A stretch of DNA of 63,613 nt, filler included. It is 5 parts of 5 records of this genome, joined end to end, with 100 filler letters (N's around TTAATTAATTAA, not from the genome) between each part and the next. Parts side by side here need not be neighbours in the genome. Positions count along the whole stretch, not along the records: positions 1 to 11,940 come from SRR31156797_13841; 4 more parts are not named here. One strand, 5' to 3'. Each line of letters opens with the position of its first letter. Position 1 is the first letter of the stretch. Below are positions 1-8,305 of this stretch, one piece after another. The translations under genes and the position numbers were made by a program. A model generated the notes under the pieces. The model was not told the origin of the DNA and made no database searches. It saw only the letters and a list, made by a program, of their open reading frames with translations.

Positions 1-661
1 TTTTATGTGGTTTTTTATGCTTGAATCTGGGGTACACGCTACAATAGCAGGGGTATTAGTAGCCTTAGCTATCCCATCAAAGCCTAAAAAAGCGCCAGTA
101 ACTTTTACTGATGATACAAAAGAGTTGTTAAGTGAGTATGATAAATATCCAGTAGCCACTGATCATGTGATGCATGAAAAACAAAAAGCGATTTTACTCA
201 ATATAAAAGATAAAATAGATGCAGTTGGAACACCAGCAGCAAGATTAGAACACGCACTTCATCTCCCTGTAGCTCTTATTATCATCCCTTTATTTGCTTT
301 AGCAAATGCAGGAATTAGTATCGATTTTAGCTCAATCGGATCAACTGTTCTAGAGCCAGTTTCTCTTGGAATTATCCTTGGATTGGTTTTTGGAAAAGTG
401 ATAGGTATCTTTGGGGTATCATGGCTTGCTATTAAATTAGGGATCGCAAAACTCCCTGAAAAAAGTACAATGAGTCAAATCTTTGGAGTAGCTTTTTTAG
501 CAGGGATTGGGTTTACTATGTCGATCTTTGTAGCAGACTTAGCTTTTATAACAAGTCCTGAGTTGATCTTTCAAGCAAAAATAGGGATATTATCAGCTTC
601 TTTATTTGCAGGGTTATTTGGATACTTTTGGTTAAGGGTAGTCTCTTATAAGGGGAATTAA
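1..661 (+). CDS. nhaA: Na+/H+ antiporter NhaA (5' truncated by window edge)
   Basis: NhaA motifs ESGVHATIAGV, PLFALANAG, GKVIGIFG and LAGIGFTMSIFV. Confidence 0.95.
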   Translation, partial: FMWFFMLESGVHATIAGVLVALAIPSKPKKAPVTFTDDTKELLSEYDKYPVATDHVMHEKQKAILLNIKDKIDAVGTPAARLEHALHLPVALIIIPLFALANAGISIDFSSIGSTVLEPVSLGIILGLVFGKVIGIFGVSWLAIKLGIAKLPEKSTMSQIFGVAFLAGIGFTMSIFVADLAFITSPELIFQAKIGILSASLFAGLFGYFWLRVVSYKGN

Positions 662-665
662 AAAA

Positions 666-1340
666 ATGAATAAAGTTCTATTGGTTGAAGATGATTTAGA
701 GTTGCAAAAGCTTATTAGTGAGTATCTTCTTGATTATAACTATAAGTGTAATAGTTTTGAAAAACCAATAGAGGCTTTAAATGAATTTGAAAAAAACTCT
801 CAAAGCTATTCTATCGTTGTATTAGATCTAGGACTTCCAGGGATGGATGGGTTTGATCTTTTTAAAAAGCTTAAAAAGCTAAGAGATATCCCTATCATAA
901 TCTCAACAGCACGAGATGATATAGGAAATAAGATCTTTGGTTTTGAGCTTGGTGCGGTGGATTATCTCTCCAAACCTTATGAACCAAGGGAGTTGGTCCT
1001 GCGAATTGATGTTGCACTTAAAAAATACTCCACTTCTAATGAGATACAAATCAATAGTTTAAAAATAAACAAAGATAAGCAAAAAGTGATGCTAGAAGAT
1101 CATGAGATCGAGTTTACTAAAATAGAATCTGAGATCTTTTTTCTTTTTATAGAAAAGGTCAATCAAGTGGTTTCAAGAGAAGATATTATTCAACAAACCT
1201 CTTTAAAAGAGGATACAAAAAATAGAACCATAGATATGCATATCAGCAATATTCGATTTAAAATAGATGATGATCCAAAAGAGCCTCAATATATAAAGTC
1301 TGTATGGGGAATAGGGTATAAACTTCTAGATGACAATTAA
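666..1340 (+). CDS. OmpR/PhoB-family response regulator
   Basis: Receiver domain (LVEDD, VVLDLGLPGMDG, KPY) and winged-helix C-terminus (RTIDMHISNIR, VWGIGYK). Confidence 0.95.
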   Translation: MNKVLLVEDDLELQKLISEYLLDYNYKCNSFEKPIEALNEFEKNSQSYSIVVLDLGLPGMDGFDLFKKLKKLRDIPIIISTARDDIGNKIFGFELGAVDYLSKPYEPRELVLRIDVALKKYSTSNEIQINSLKINKDKQKVMLEDHEIEFTKIESEIFFLFIEKVNQVVSREDIIQQTSLKEDTKNRTIDMHISNIRFKIDDDPKEPQYIKSVWGIGYKLLDDN

Positions 1341-2715
1341 ACAACGACTCTATATCTCCTTTTCTTTAATTGTCTTAATTATTGTATGTATTATAGGGGT
1401 GTTTTTTTATTCAACTTATAACCTCAATCAGATCCAAATTAGGCAAGAACATCGATATGAGCAGATTCGAAAAGTTGAAAAACTCAAAGAGTATAACAAC
1501 GCTTTTGCATGGATCGTACTTGATATTATCACTGACCAAGAAAAAAAAGATGTGGTAGAAGATCGTTTTGCAAAATCAACAACTCTTTTTAAAGAGCTAG
1601 GGAACAAAAAAAACAGTATTATCAATAACAGTGACTCTATAGAGGGAAAAGAGAATCTAGAGTTGATATTTTTAAGTTTTAAGAAAATAGAAAATTTGAT
1701 TCATAATGATCTAAAAAACATCTTTTTAGAAGAAAATAAAAGTTTTATAGAGTTTAATAAAAACTTTAATCAAACACATCAAAATATTATCAATCTGTTA
1801 GATAAAAAAGTTGTTTTTTTAGAAGATCATTTAAAGTATGAGGAAAAAATAAAAGAAGATTTTATCTATAAGATTAAATTAGAACTAGTGATACTATTAT
1901 TGATCTCCTTTTCTCTTTCTTTTTTAATCTCTACAAAGATCATTAATGAGATACAAGAGATGTTAAAAAAACTCAACGATGGGGTTTTGCAGCTTTTTAA
2001 TAATGATGAAAATACCATTAAAGTAGATATCGGTAAAAACAATGAATTAAGCGAAATCACTGATAATCTTAACTCATACCTTGAAAAGCAAAGAGATATT
2101 ATCCATTCTAGAGAGGAGCTTTTAAGAAATATTAGTCATGAGCTAAAGACTCCTATTACTAAAGGGAAGTTTTTAGTAGAAAAATTAAAAAAGCAAAATG
2201 AGGATTTACATGTTGAAAATATCAATAAAGTTTTTATCGATATTGAAGAGCTCACAAGTAAACTGTTACAAAGGGAAAAACTCAACTTTGTAACTCTAAA
2301 ATTGAGTAAATTTAAAATAAGCACTCTTATTTTAGAATCTTTATCCAAGCTTTTTATTGAGGATGAATCACAAGTGGTTTTAGAACTTAGGGATGATTTT
2401 GAGATACAAGGGGATAAATACTATTTGACAATGGCGCTTAAAAACTTAGTGGATAACGCTTATAAGTATGCTGATCATTATCCTATTGTAATTAAGGGAA
2501 AGGATAAAACGTTATATATAGAAAACAAAGCAACTCCATTAACTAATGATCTCATCTATTATATTCAACCCTTTACAAGAGAACCAAATCAACAACAAGG
2601 ACACGGACTAGGGCTTAATATTGTTAATAAGATTGTCCAGATGCATAACTTTTCATTAAATTATAGCTACAAAAACTCATACAATATATTTTCCATCAAC
2701 TTCAAAATACTATAA
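1330..2715 (+). CDS. Membrane sensor histidine kinase, cognate of the upstream regulator
   Basis: Two TM helices, HAMP-like linker, H-box SHELKTP, N-box NLVDNAYKY, G-box GHGLGL; overlaps the regulator stop codon. Confidence 0.93.
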   Translation: MTIKQRLYISFSLIVLIIVCIIGVFFYSTYNLNQIQIRQEHRYEQIRKVEKLKEYNNAFAWIVLDIITDQEKKDVVEDRFAKSTTLFKELGNKKNSIINNSDSIEGKENLELIFLSFKKIENLIHNDLKNIFLEENKSFIEFNKNFNQTHQNIINLLDKKVVFLEDHLKYEEKIKEDFIYKIKLELVILLLISFSLSFLISTKIINEIQEMLKKLNDGVLQLFNNDENTIKVDIGKNNELSEITDNLNSYLEKQRDIIHSREELLRNISHELKTPITKGKFLVEKLKKQNEDLHVENINKVFIDIEELTSKLLQREKLNFVTLKLSKFKISTLILESLSKLFIEDESQVVLELRDDFEIQGDKYYLTMALKNLVDNAYKYADHYPIVIKGKDKTLYIENKATPLTNDLIYYIQPFTREPNQQQGHGLGLNIVNKIVQMHNFSLNYSYKNSYNIFSINFKIL

Positions 2716-2721
2716 AACATT

Positions 2722-2784
2722 TGTCAAGTATATGTCAAGGAACTGCACCTAGTAAACTTGACAGTTTTCATGTAACATTAGAAT
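2722..2784 (+). promoter_or_regulatory. Regulated promoter, copy 1: TGTCAA-N5-TGTCAA-N8-ACCTAGTAAACTTGACA-N15-TAGAAT
   Basis: TGTCAA at 2722 and 2733 (11-bp period), TTGACA 2758-2763, TAGAAT 2779-2784; architecture repeats 234 bp downstream. Confidence 0.7.
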
Positions 2785-2806
2785 AATAAATAAAAGGAGT
2801 TTAATT

Positions 2807-2917
2807 ATGGAAACTTTAGTATTAGGAATTTTTGGAGTGAGTCTATTAGGTGTTATAGGATATGTTTTATATTCAGTTGCATCAAGACCGACGTATAAAC
2901 TAAAAGAGGAAAATTAG
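2807..2917 (+). CDS. 36-aa single-TM microprotein METLVLGIFGVSLLGVIGYVLYSVASRPTYKLKEEN (absent from ORF track)
   Basis: AAAGGAG Shine-Dalgarno upstream of ATG 2807, one hydrophobic helix, charged tail, own promoter. Confidence 0.75.
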   Translation: METLVLGIFGVSLLGVIGYVLYSVASRPTYKLKEEN

Positions 2918-2955
2918 AAATAGTTTTAAAATAGATACTTTTCAAAACTTTACTT

Positions 2956-3018
2956 TGTCAATAAATTGTCAAGAGATTTTACCTAGTAAACTTGACAATT
3001 TTTTATTAAATTTACAAT
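2956..3018 (+). promoter_or_regulatory. Regulated promoter, copy 2: TGTCAA-N5-TGTCAA-N8-ACCTAGTAAACTTGACA-N15-TACAAT
   Basis: TGTCAA at 2956 and 2967, identical 17-mer at 2981-2997, TACAAT 3013-3018. Confidence 0.7.
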
Positions 3019-3049
3019 GTTAAAACTATTTTGATATGAAGGATTAGCA

Positions 3050-3721
3050 ATGACTCAAGCTATGAAAGAGAAAAAAGTACTTGTAATAAATGACAATTGT
3101 GAACAAAGAATCAAACCAAAACTTATAAGAGATGTAAAAACTGAAGCTGTACTTGTGTTTGCAAGAACAGCTTTAGAGAGATTTTTTTATAAATTAGACA
3201 AAGAGGAGATATCTCTCTGTTTAGGTGATGAAAAAAGTACTCAATATGTTTATACTCAATTAAGAGCATTATTAAAAGATCTTCAAGGGTGTGTGGTCAA
3301 TGTGGAGTATTTAATTGATTTAGTACAAAATACAAAAAAATATCCACAAAGTTTTGAACTGCGACAGCTTGCAAAATATGAAGAGCCTTTAATAAACTAT
3401 TATGATACTTTAGCGAAACGTATGGAGTATCATTTCCCATCACAAGTGACGGCACTTCCAGAGTTTATAGTAATATGTGTGATGTCAAATTGGTTTTTAG
3501 AAAATGAAAAAACAACTTTATTGTATCCATTCATAGAAAAATATGATTTTATTCAGCTTATTGAAGAGTTTGAGATATATGCTAAAAATGAGACAAAAGA
3601 GAAAAAGAGTTTATTACTACAAATGCAAAATATCTCTATGGATATTGTGAAATGTTTACTCAATAAAAAGTATAAGTTTAATAATGAAAGAACTTCAAAG
3701 AGAAAAAAAAGAAAAAAATAA
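3050..3721 (+). CDS. Hypothetical soluble, probably helical protein with basic C-terminal tail (SKRKKRKK)
   Basis: 223-aa ORF with AAGGA RBS; no recognised domain. Confidence 0.75.
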   Translation: MTQAMKEKKVLVINDNCEQRIKPKLIRDVKTEAVLVFARTALERFFYKLDKEEISLCLGDEKSTQYVYTQLRALLKDLQGCVVNVEYLIDLVQNTKKYPQSFELRQLAKYEEPLINYYDTLAKRMEYHFPSQVTALPEFIVICVMSNWFLENEKTTLLYPFIEKYDFIQLIEEFEIYAKNETKEKKSLLLQMQNISMDIVKCLLNKKYKFNNERTSKRKKRKK

Positions 3722-3747
3722 AGTATAAAAAAGAAAAGGTAGATATT

Positions 3748-3837
3748 ATGGAAAACTCATTATTGACTATCTTTATAGGGATAAGTTTGATAGCACTACT
3801 CTATACTTTTTATATTATCATAAAAAGCAAGGTGTAA
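3748..3837 (+). CDS. 29-aa single-TM microprotein MENSLLTIFIGISLIALLYTFYIIIKSKV (absent from ORF track)
   Basis: AAAGGT RBS, ATG 3748, TAA 3835-3837, single hydrophobic helix. Confidence 0.65.
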   Translation: MENSLLTIFIGISLIALLYTFYIIIKSKV

Positions 3838-3838
3838 A

Positions 3839-3937
3839 ATGGAAACTTTAGATATTATCATGGTTATGTTTTTAGGTGTGGTTTTAGTGGGTGGTCTAGT
3901 AGGTTTTTTAGTTTATAATTTCAAAGATGAAAATTAA
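3839..3937 (+). CDS. 32-aa single-TM microprotein METLDIIMVMFLGVVLVGGLVGFLVYNFKDEN (absent from ORF track)
   Basis: AAGGTG RBS inside the previous ORF; ATG 1 nt after its stop; resembles the 2807-2917 peptide at both ends. Confidence 0.7.
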   Translation: METLDIIMVMFLGVVLVGGLVGFLVYNFKDEN

Positions 3938-3968
3938 ATAATTTCACTTATTGAAAATATCTAGAGTA

Positions 3969-3977
3969 TGTTATAAT
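3969..3977 (+). promoter_or_regulatory. Extended -10 promoter TGnTATAAT for the thioredoxin-fold gene
   Basis: TGTTATAAT about 30 nt upstream of the ATG at 4007, which has an AGGAG RBS. Confidence 0.5.
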
Positions 3978-4006
3978 TGAAAATTATAAACTTTCTAGGA
4001 GAGAAA

Positions 4007-4411
4007 ATGATAAAAAAATATATACTAATGATCGTATTGATGTCACAAATACTTTTTGCAGATGGTTTAAAAACAATTGAAAAACTTTCTGATCTTCCAA
4101 GAGAAAAAAATATAGTTTTGATGTTTTCAATGGAGTTTTGTCCCTATTGTATGCGACAAGAAAATAGTATTATTAATAGAATACAACCAAAGTTTCCAGA
4201 TATTGTATACCTGAAAGTAAAAAAAGAGACAAAGGTTTTTGAAGAACTTATACAAACAGGAAATTTTGGTGAAGTGGAGTATTTCCCAACAACATTTATA
4301 CTCTCTTTAGATGAAGATGGAATAATCTTTGTAAAATACCCATTTAAAGGGCATCAGCGTTCAACTGCAATTATCAGTATCTTAAACAATAAAGAGATCA
4401 TGGAAGATTAA
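4007..4411 (+). CDS. Exported thioredoxin-fold protein (SoxW/DsbD-gamma-like)
   Basis: Signal peptide, CPYC motif, cis-Pro-like YFPT; start moved to ATG 4007 after AGGAG. Confidence 0.75.
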   Translation: MIKKYILMIVLMSQILFADGLKTIEKLSDLPREKNIVLMFSMEFCPYCMRQENSIINRIQPKFPDIVYLKVKKETKVFEELIQTGNFGEVEYFPTTFILSLDEDGIIFVKYPFKGHQRSTAIISILNNKEIMED

Positions 4412-6156
4412 TCATCTTTTGTATAAAGATCTAAGATCACACTAAAACAGGCTTGATTATCAATATTTTTTGCATAGAGAGTTCCCTCATGTTCTTGGAT
4501 GATCTTTTTAGCAACATTAAGTCCAATACCTATCCCTGAAGAGCTTTTTGTACTAACAAATGGTTCAAAAATATTTGGGAGTATCTCTTTTGAAATCCCT
4601 CCTGCATTATCTAAAAAATCTATATGGAGTTTATTTTCATTTGTGTAGATTTTGATATCGATTCGTCTATCTTCATATTTTGGAGTTTTTACAAGTTCAT
4701 CTAAAGCATTATTTAAAATAATGGTCCAAACTTGCTCTATCCTTTGCTGGTGGATGATAGCAAAATAGTGCTCCATCTCTTTTTGCGATTCTTCGAAGAC
4801 AAAAAGCTTATCATTGATATAGATTGGTGAAATTTGTTTTGCACGATTGTGTAACATTCGTAAAACAGTGATAAGTGTTGCATATACATTGATTTTTTCT
4901 TTTTCAAAAATAGTTGATTGGGACATCTCTTTCATGGATTCGACGATGATCGAGATCCTTTTGATCCCATTGTAGATTATGTTAAAATCCTCTTCTAAAA
5001 ACTCTTTTGTTTTAGATGAAGGAAGTTCTTGGATAGTATGTTTAGACATCTCTACAGTCCCTTTTATATATGTAAGAGGTGTATTGATCTCATGGGTGAT
5101 CCCTGCTGCCATCTGCCCAATAGTTAAAAACTTGGTACTTTTGATGATATCCTCTTCATGTTTTTGATGCTGTAGTAAGATCTCTTTTTGGTGTCTTCTT
5201 ACAATAAGTAAAAAGCCTATTAAAGAGATGATTAGAACAGCTGCTATCATTAGTGTTGCAATATTATCTTGAAGATATTTAGTTTTTGTCGTTGGTATCT
5301 CTTGAACATTTTTAAAAAGGATAGCAAAGCCCATATGGTTTTTATTGATATCAAAGATAGGGTGGGGAACCACAAGAGAGTTTGATTCTTGATAGATTTT
5401 AAAATCATTTTCAAAATCTAAATAATATTCTAACCCGTTTTTTTGTAGAAGTGTTATAACATCTTTATTGGGATCTAAAGAGGTGAGATAATAATCATCT
5501 ATAAATATTTTTGAAATTGGTTTTGTGATCTGTTTTTTGTATTTTTTATCTACAAAAAATAAAGCATGTACTTTTTCATTTTTAAAAAGCTCTTTTGCTA
5601 TGGAGTTAAAATGGGATATAACTTCAAAGATACCAATAAGTTTATTTGACTCATTAAAGATTGGAACCATTGTTTTAAAGGACATGGCAAATTTTCCAGT
5701 ACTTATAGTTGAAACTATTTGAGGGTTTTGTAAAGTTTGAGATATTTCAGGGCGTGCTTTTAGCAATGAATCTCCAGTAGAGTTTGTCCAGCTTCTATAA
5801 AAGCTTTTCCCTTCTGTATCGATCACTTGATACCAAAGGTTTTTATAAGAACTTTTTTCATCAATGATCTTTGTGAGATACTCTATATTGATGATATTTT
5901 TATCCTTTTTCTCCAAAGCTTTAATAATCGTTTGGCTTTGAGCTAAGGCAAGAGCAATAAAAAGAGTCGATTTCTTTTTATTTTCGATCATAATGTGGAG
6001 TTTTGATTGGATATATTTAGAATAGTTTGTATACTCATGATAGAGTGTTTCTTCCATTTTCTTTTGGGTAAGAATATAAGAGCTTCCCAGCATTAAAACT
6101 ATTAAGATACCGATAGATAAGATAATATAGCTGTTTGATTTAAGATGTTTTACCAT
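4408..6156 (-). CDS. Cache-type sensor histidine kinase
   Basis: Two TMs flanking a periplasmic sensor; H-box GITHEINTPL, N-box NNALD, DNAGG, GIGIGL. Confidence 0.9.
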   Translation of the reverse strand: MVKHLKSNSYIILSIGILIVLMLGSSYILTQKKMEETLYHEYTNYSKYIQSKLHIMIENKKKSTLFIALALAQSQTIIKALEKKDKNIINIEYLTKIIDEKSSYKNLWYQVIDTEGKSFYRSWTNSTGDSLLKARPEISQTLQNPQIVSTISTGKFAMSFKTMVPIFNESNKLIGIFEVISHFNSIAKELFKNEKVHALFFVDKKYKKQITKPISKIFIDDYYLTSLDPNKDVITLLQKNGLEYYLDFENDFKIYQESNSLVVPHPIFDINKNHMGFAILFKNVQEIPTTKTKYLQDNIATLMIAAVLIISLIGFLLIVRRHQKEILLQHQKHEEDIIKSTKFLTIGQMAAGITHEINTPLTYIKGTVEMSKHTIQELPSSKTKEFLEEDFNIIYNGIKRISIIVESMKEMSQSTIFEKEKINVYATLITVLRMLHNRAKQISPIYINDKLFVFEESQKEMEHYFAIIHQQRIEQVWTIILNNALDELVKTPKYEDRRIDIKIYTNENKLHIDFLDNAGGISKEILPNIFEPFVSTKSSSGIGIGLNVAKKIIQEHEGTLYAKNIDNQACFSVILDLYTKDD

Positions 6157-6165
6157 AATACTGTT

Positions 6166-8298
6166 TTATCTATTTTTTAATGTAATATCAAAGCAAACAC
6201 CGTTGTCTTTATTATATACAACAACATCTGTACCAATTTTATCTAATATCTGTTTTGTCATATAAAGACCGATCCCTGTCCCTTTTCCAATATCTTTTGT
6301 TGTAAAATTTGCTTCAAAGATATTTGCTATGATATCTTCTTTTATACCACCTGCATTATCACAAACTTGTATAAGCGTTGAATCGTGTTTATCTAAAATA
6401 GTATAATTGATCTTTCGATCTTTTACCCCATTTTGTATAAAAGCATCTCTACTATTATTTATTAGGTTTATAAGCACATGTTTAAATTCATTTGGGTAGA
6501 TCTTTATTTTACTATTTAAATCTCCATTTTTAGAAACCTGAATAGTATTTTTGATCAGCTCATCTTTTAAAAGTATATTAACCGAATTAATAATTGTATC
6601 CACTGAGATCTCTTTTAAGACAGCATTTGGTCTAAAAAATGAACGGAACTCTTCAAGGGTTTCAAGGAGGTGATCTACTTGCTCTTCTATTTTTGTAGAG
6701 TTTTCAATCACCATTTTAACTTCAGGTTTTGAGCCTAGTTCATACTCTAGTTTTATACTTTGTCCAAGCATTCGTATAATACCAAGTGGATTTTTCCATT
6801 GGTGAGCAATAGCATCTATCATCTCTCCCATGGCAGCGTCTTTTGATTGTTTTAATAACAGGGTATCTTTTGTACGAAGCTCTTTTACTGCTTTTTCTAC
6901 TTCTTCTTGTAAGTTTTCATTGAGTTGTTGGAGTTTAAGCTTCTCTTCCATTGAGTTTATAACAGCGATAAAATGTTTACGCGAAGGAAGAAGTGTAAGA
7001 GAGAATTCTAAGTTTACTAGAGTTCCATTTTTATGGACACATTTTTTATGCACTTTTGAAATACTCCCTTGCTCTTGTGCTTGTAGTAGGTATGATGTAG
7101 CTTCCTCTTGCTCCTCTTTATAGGTTATATCCACACATTTTAATTGTAAAAGCTCTTTTTTAGAGTAGCCGAGTAGTTTTGTATACATGGCATTTACATC
7201 TAAAAAAGTCCCCTCTAGATCCATAATGGCAATACCACTATCAGCTTCTTCGATCACAGTTCGAAGTCTTACATTGTTTTCTACAATAGTTCTTTTATAT
7301 TGTCTTGAGCGATAGATAAAATAGATAGCAATAGCAAGAAGTAACAATATAGAAAAACTTACAATGAGAAAGTTTTTCTGTTTATTTGGAATATAATGAT
7401 GCTTTTGTTTGACTATAAAAAGCCCTTCCATTTTACTATCGATTGGATTGAAAATTGGCATAAAGAAGTTTTCATTGTATTGATCACTGAGTGCAAAAAC
7501 TTTTTTTTGATCCAATAAATCATGTATCTTCTTATGATCTATATGGCTAATATTATCTTTATATTCAAGTTTGTCTTGATTAAACTCTTTGATTGTTTTT
7601 TCTATCATAAATCCATCTATATGAGCTTTTTCATAATTGATTTTTTCCTCTTCAAAGAGTCTTTTATCAACTATTTTACTTGGTTGGATAAAGTTGGCAT
7701 AATCATCATAGGCTTTTTGGTATGAAGAGAGTAGAGCTAGAGTACTAAAGGAAACCTCTACACTTCCTAAATGCTTTTTATTGGTATCAAAAAGTGGATA
7801 TACAAAACGATATCCATTATATATTTTCCCCTCTTCAAAGCCATCTACAGGGAGAAGGTTTTTATTTACATAGCCAATAGTTTTTCGTGCCTTTGTCAGA
7901 TTGTCTCCAAATTTAGTTGGTCTATGAAATCGTAGAAAACTCTCATTATTTGGAAGGTGAAAGTGGAGCTGTTTGATATTGTATTTTTGCAATAAAATAT
8001 AGGTCTCTTTTAGAGAAGAATATAACTCTTTTCTTGTTTGATCTTTTAAAAGCTTATTTGAGGTATTGGCATTTTGAAAAATCTCAACTACCTTTGGAGT
8101 ATTGATCTTTGTTTCAAATATCACATTAGCGATTTTATGGTAGTCATTATAGATCGCTTTGTAGTTTAACTGAACCTGTTCAAGTTCATGGTTTAAATGG
8201 GTTTGTATCTTATCATTTTTTTCAAACCAAAGAAGAGTAATGATTATTACTGATGATACTAAATAGATCAATAAATATCTTAGTTTTAAATTATCCAT
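6166..8298 (-). CDS. Cache + PAS sensor histidine kinase
   Basis: Periplasmic QLHFHL/FLRFH Cache-like region, PAS (VNAMYTKLLGYSKKEL), H-box IAHQWKNPL, GTGIGLY. Confidence 0.9.
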   Translation of the reverse strand: MDNLKLRYLLIYLVSSVIIITLLWFEKNDKIQTHLNHELEQVQLNYKAIYNDYHKIANVIFETKINTPKVVEIFQNANTSNKLLKDQTRKELYSSLKETYILLQKYNIKQLHFHLPNNESFLRFHRPTKFGDNLTKARKTIGYVNKNLLPVDGFEEGKIYNGYRFVYPLFDTNKKHLGSVEVSFSTLALLSSYQKAYDDYANFIQPSKIVDKRLFEEEKINYEKAHIDGFMIEKTIKEFNQDKLEYKDNISHIDHKKIHDLLDQKKVFALSDQYNENFFMPIFNPIDSKMEGLFIVKQKHHYIPNKQKNFLIVSFSILLLLAIAIYFIYRSRQYKRTIVENNVRLRTVIEEADSGIAIMDLEGTFLDVNAMYTKLLGYSKKELLQLKCVDITYKEEQEEATSYLLQAQEQGSISKVHKKCVHKNGTLVNLEFSLTLLPSRKHFIAVINSMEEKLKLQQLNENLQEEVEKAVKELRTKDTLLLKQSKDAAMGEMIDAIAHQWKNPLGIIRMLGQSIKLEYELGSKPEVKMVIENSTKIEEQVDHLLETLEEFRSFFRPNAVLKEISVDTIINSVNILLKDELIKNTIQVSKNGDLNSKIKIYPNEFKHVLINLINNSRDAFIQNGVKDRKINYTILDKHDSTLIQVCDNAGGIKEDIIANIFEANFTTKDIGKGTGIGLYMTKQILDKIGTDVVVYNKDNGVCFDITLKNR

Positions 8299-8305
8299 TG
8301 TTTGC

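Noticed and set aside
2758-2763. TTGACA (also 2992-2997) as a plain constitutive sigma70 -35 box
   Set aside because: Spacing to TANAAT is only 15 bp in both copies, and it is the reverse complement of the repeated TGTCAA, so a regulator half-site is at least as likely.
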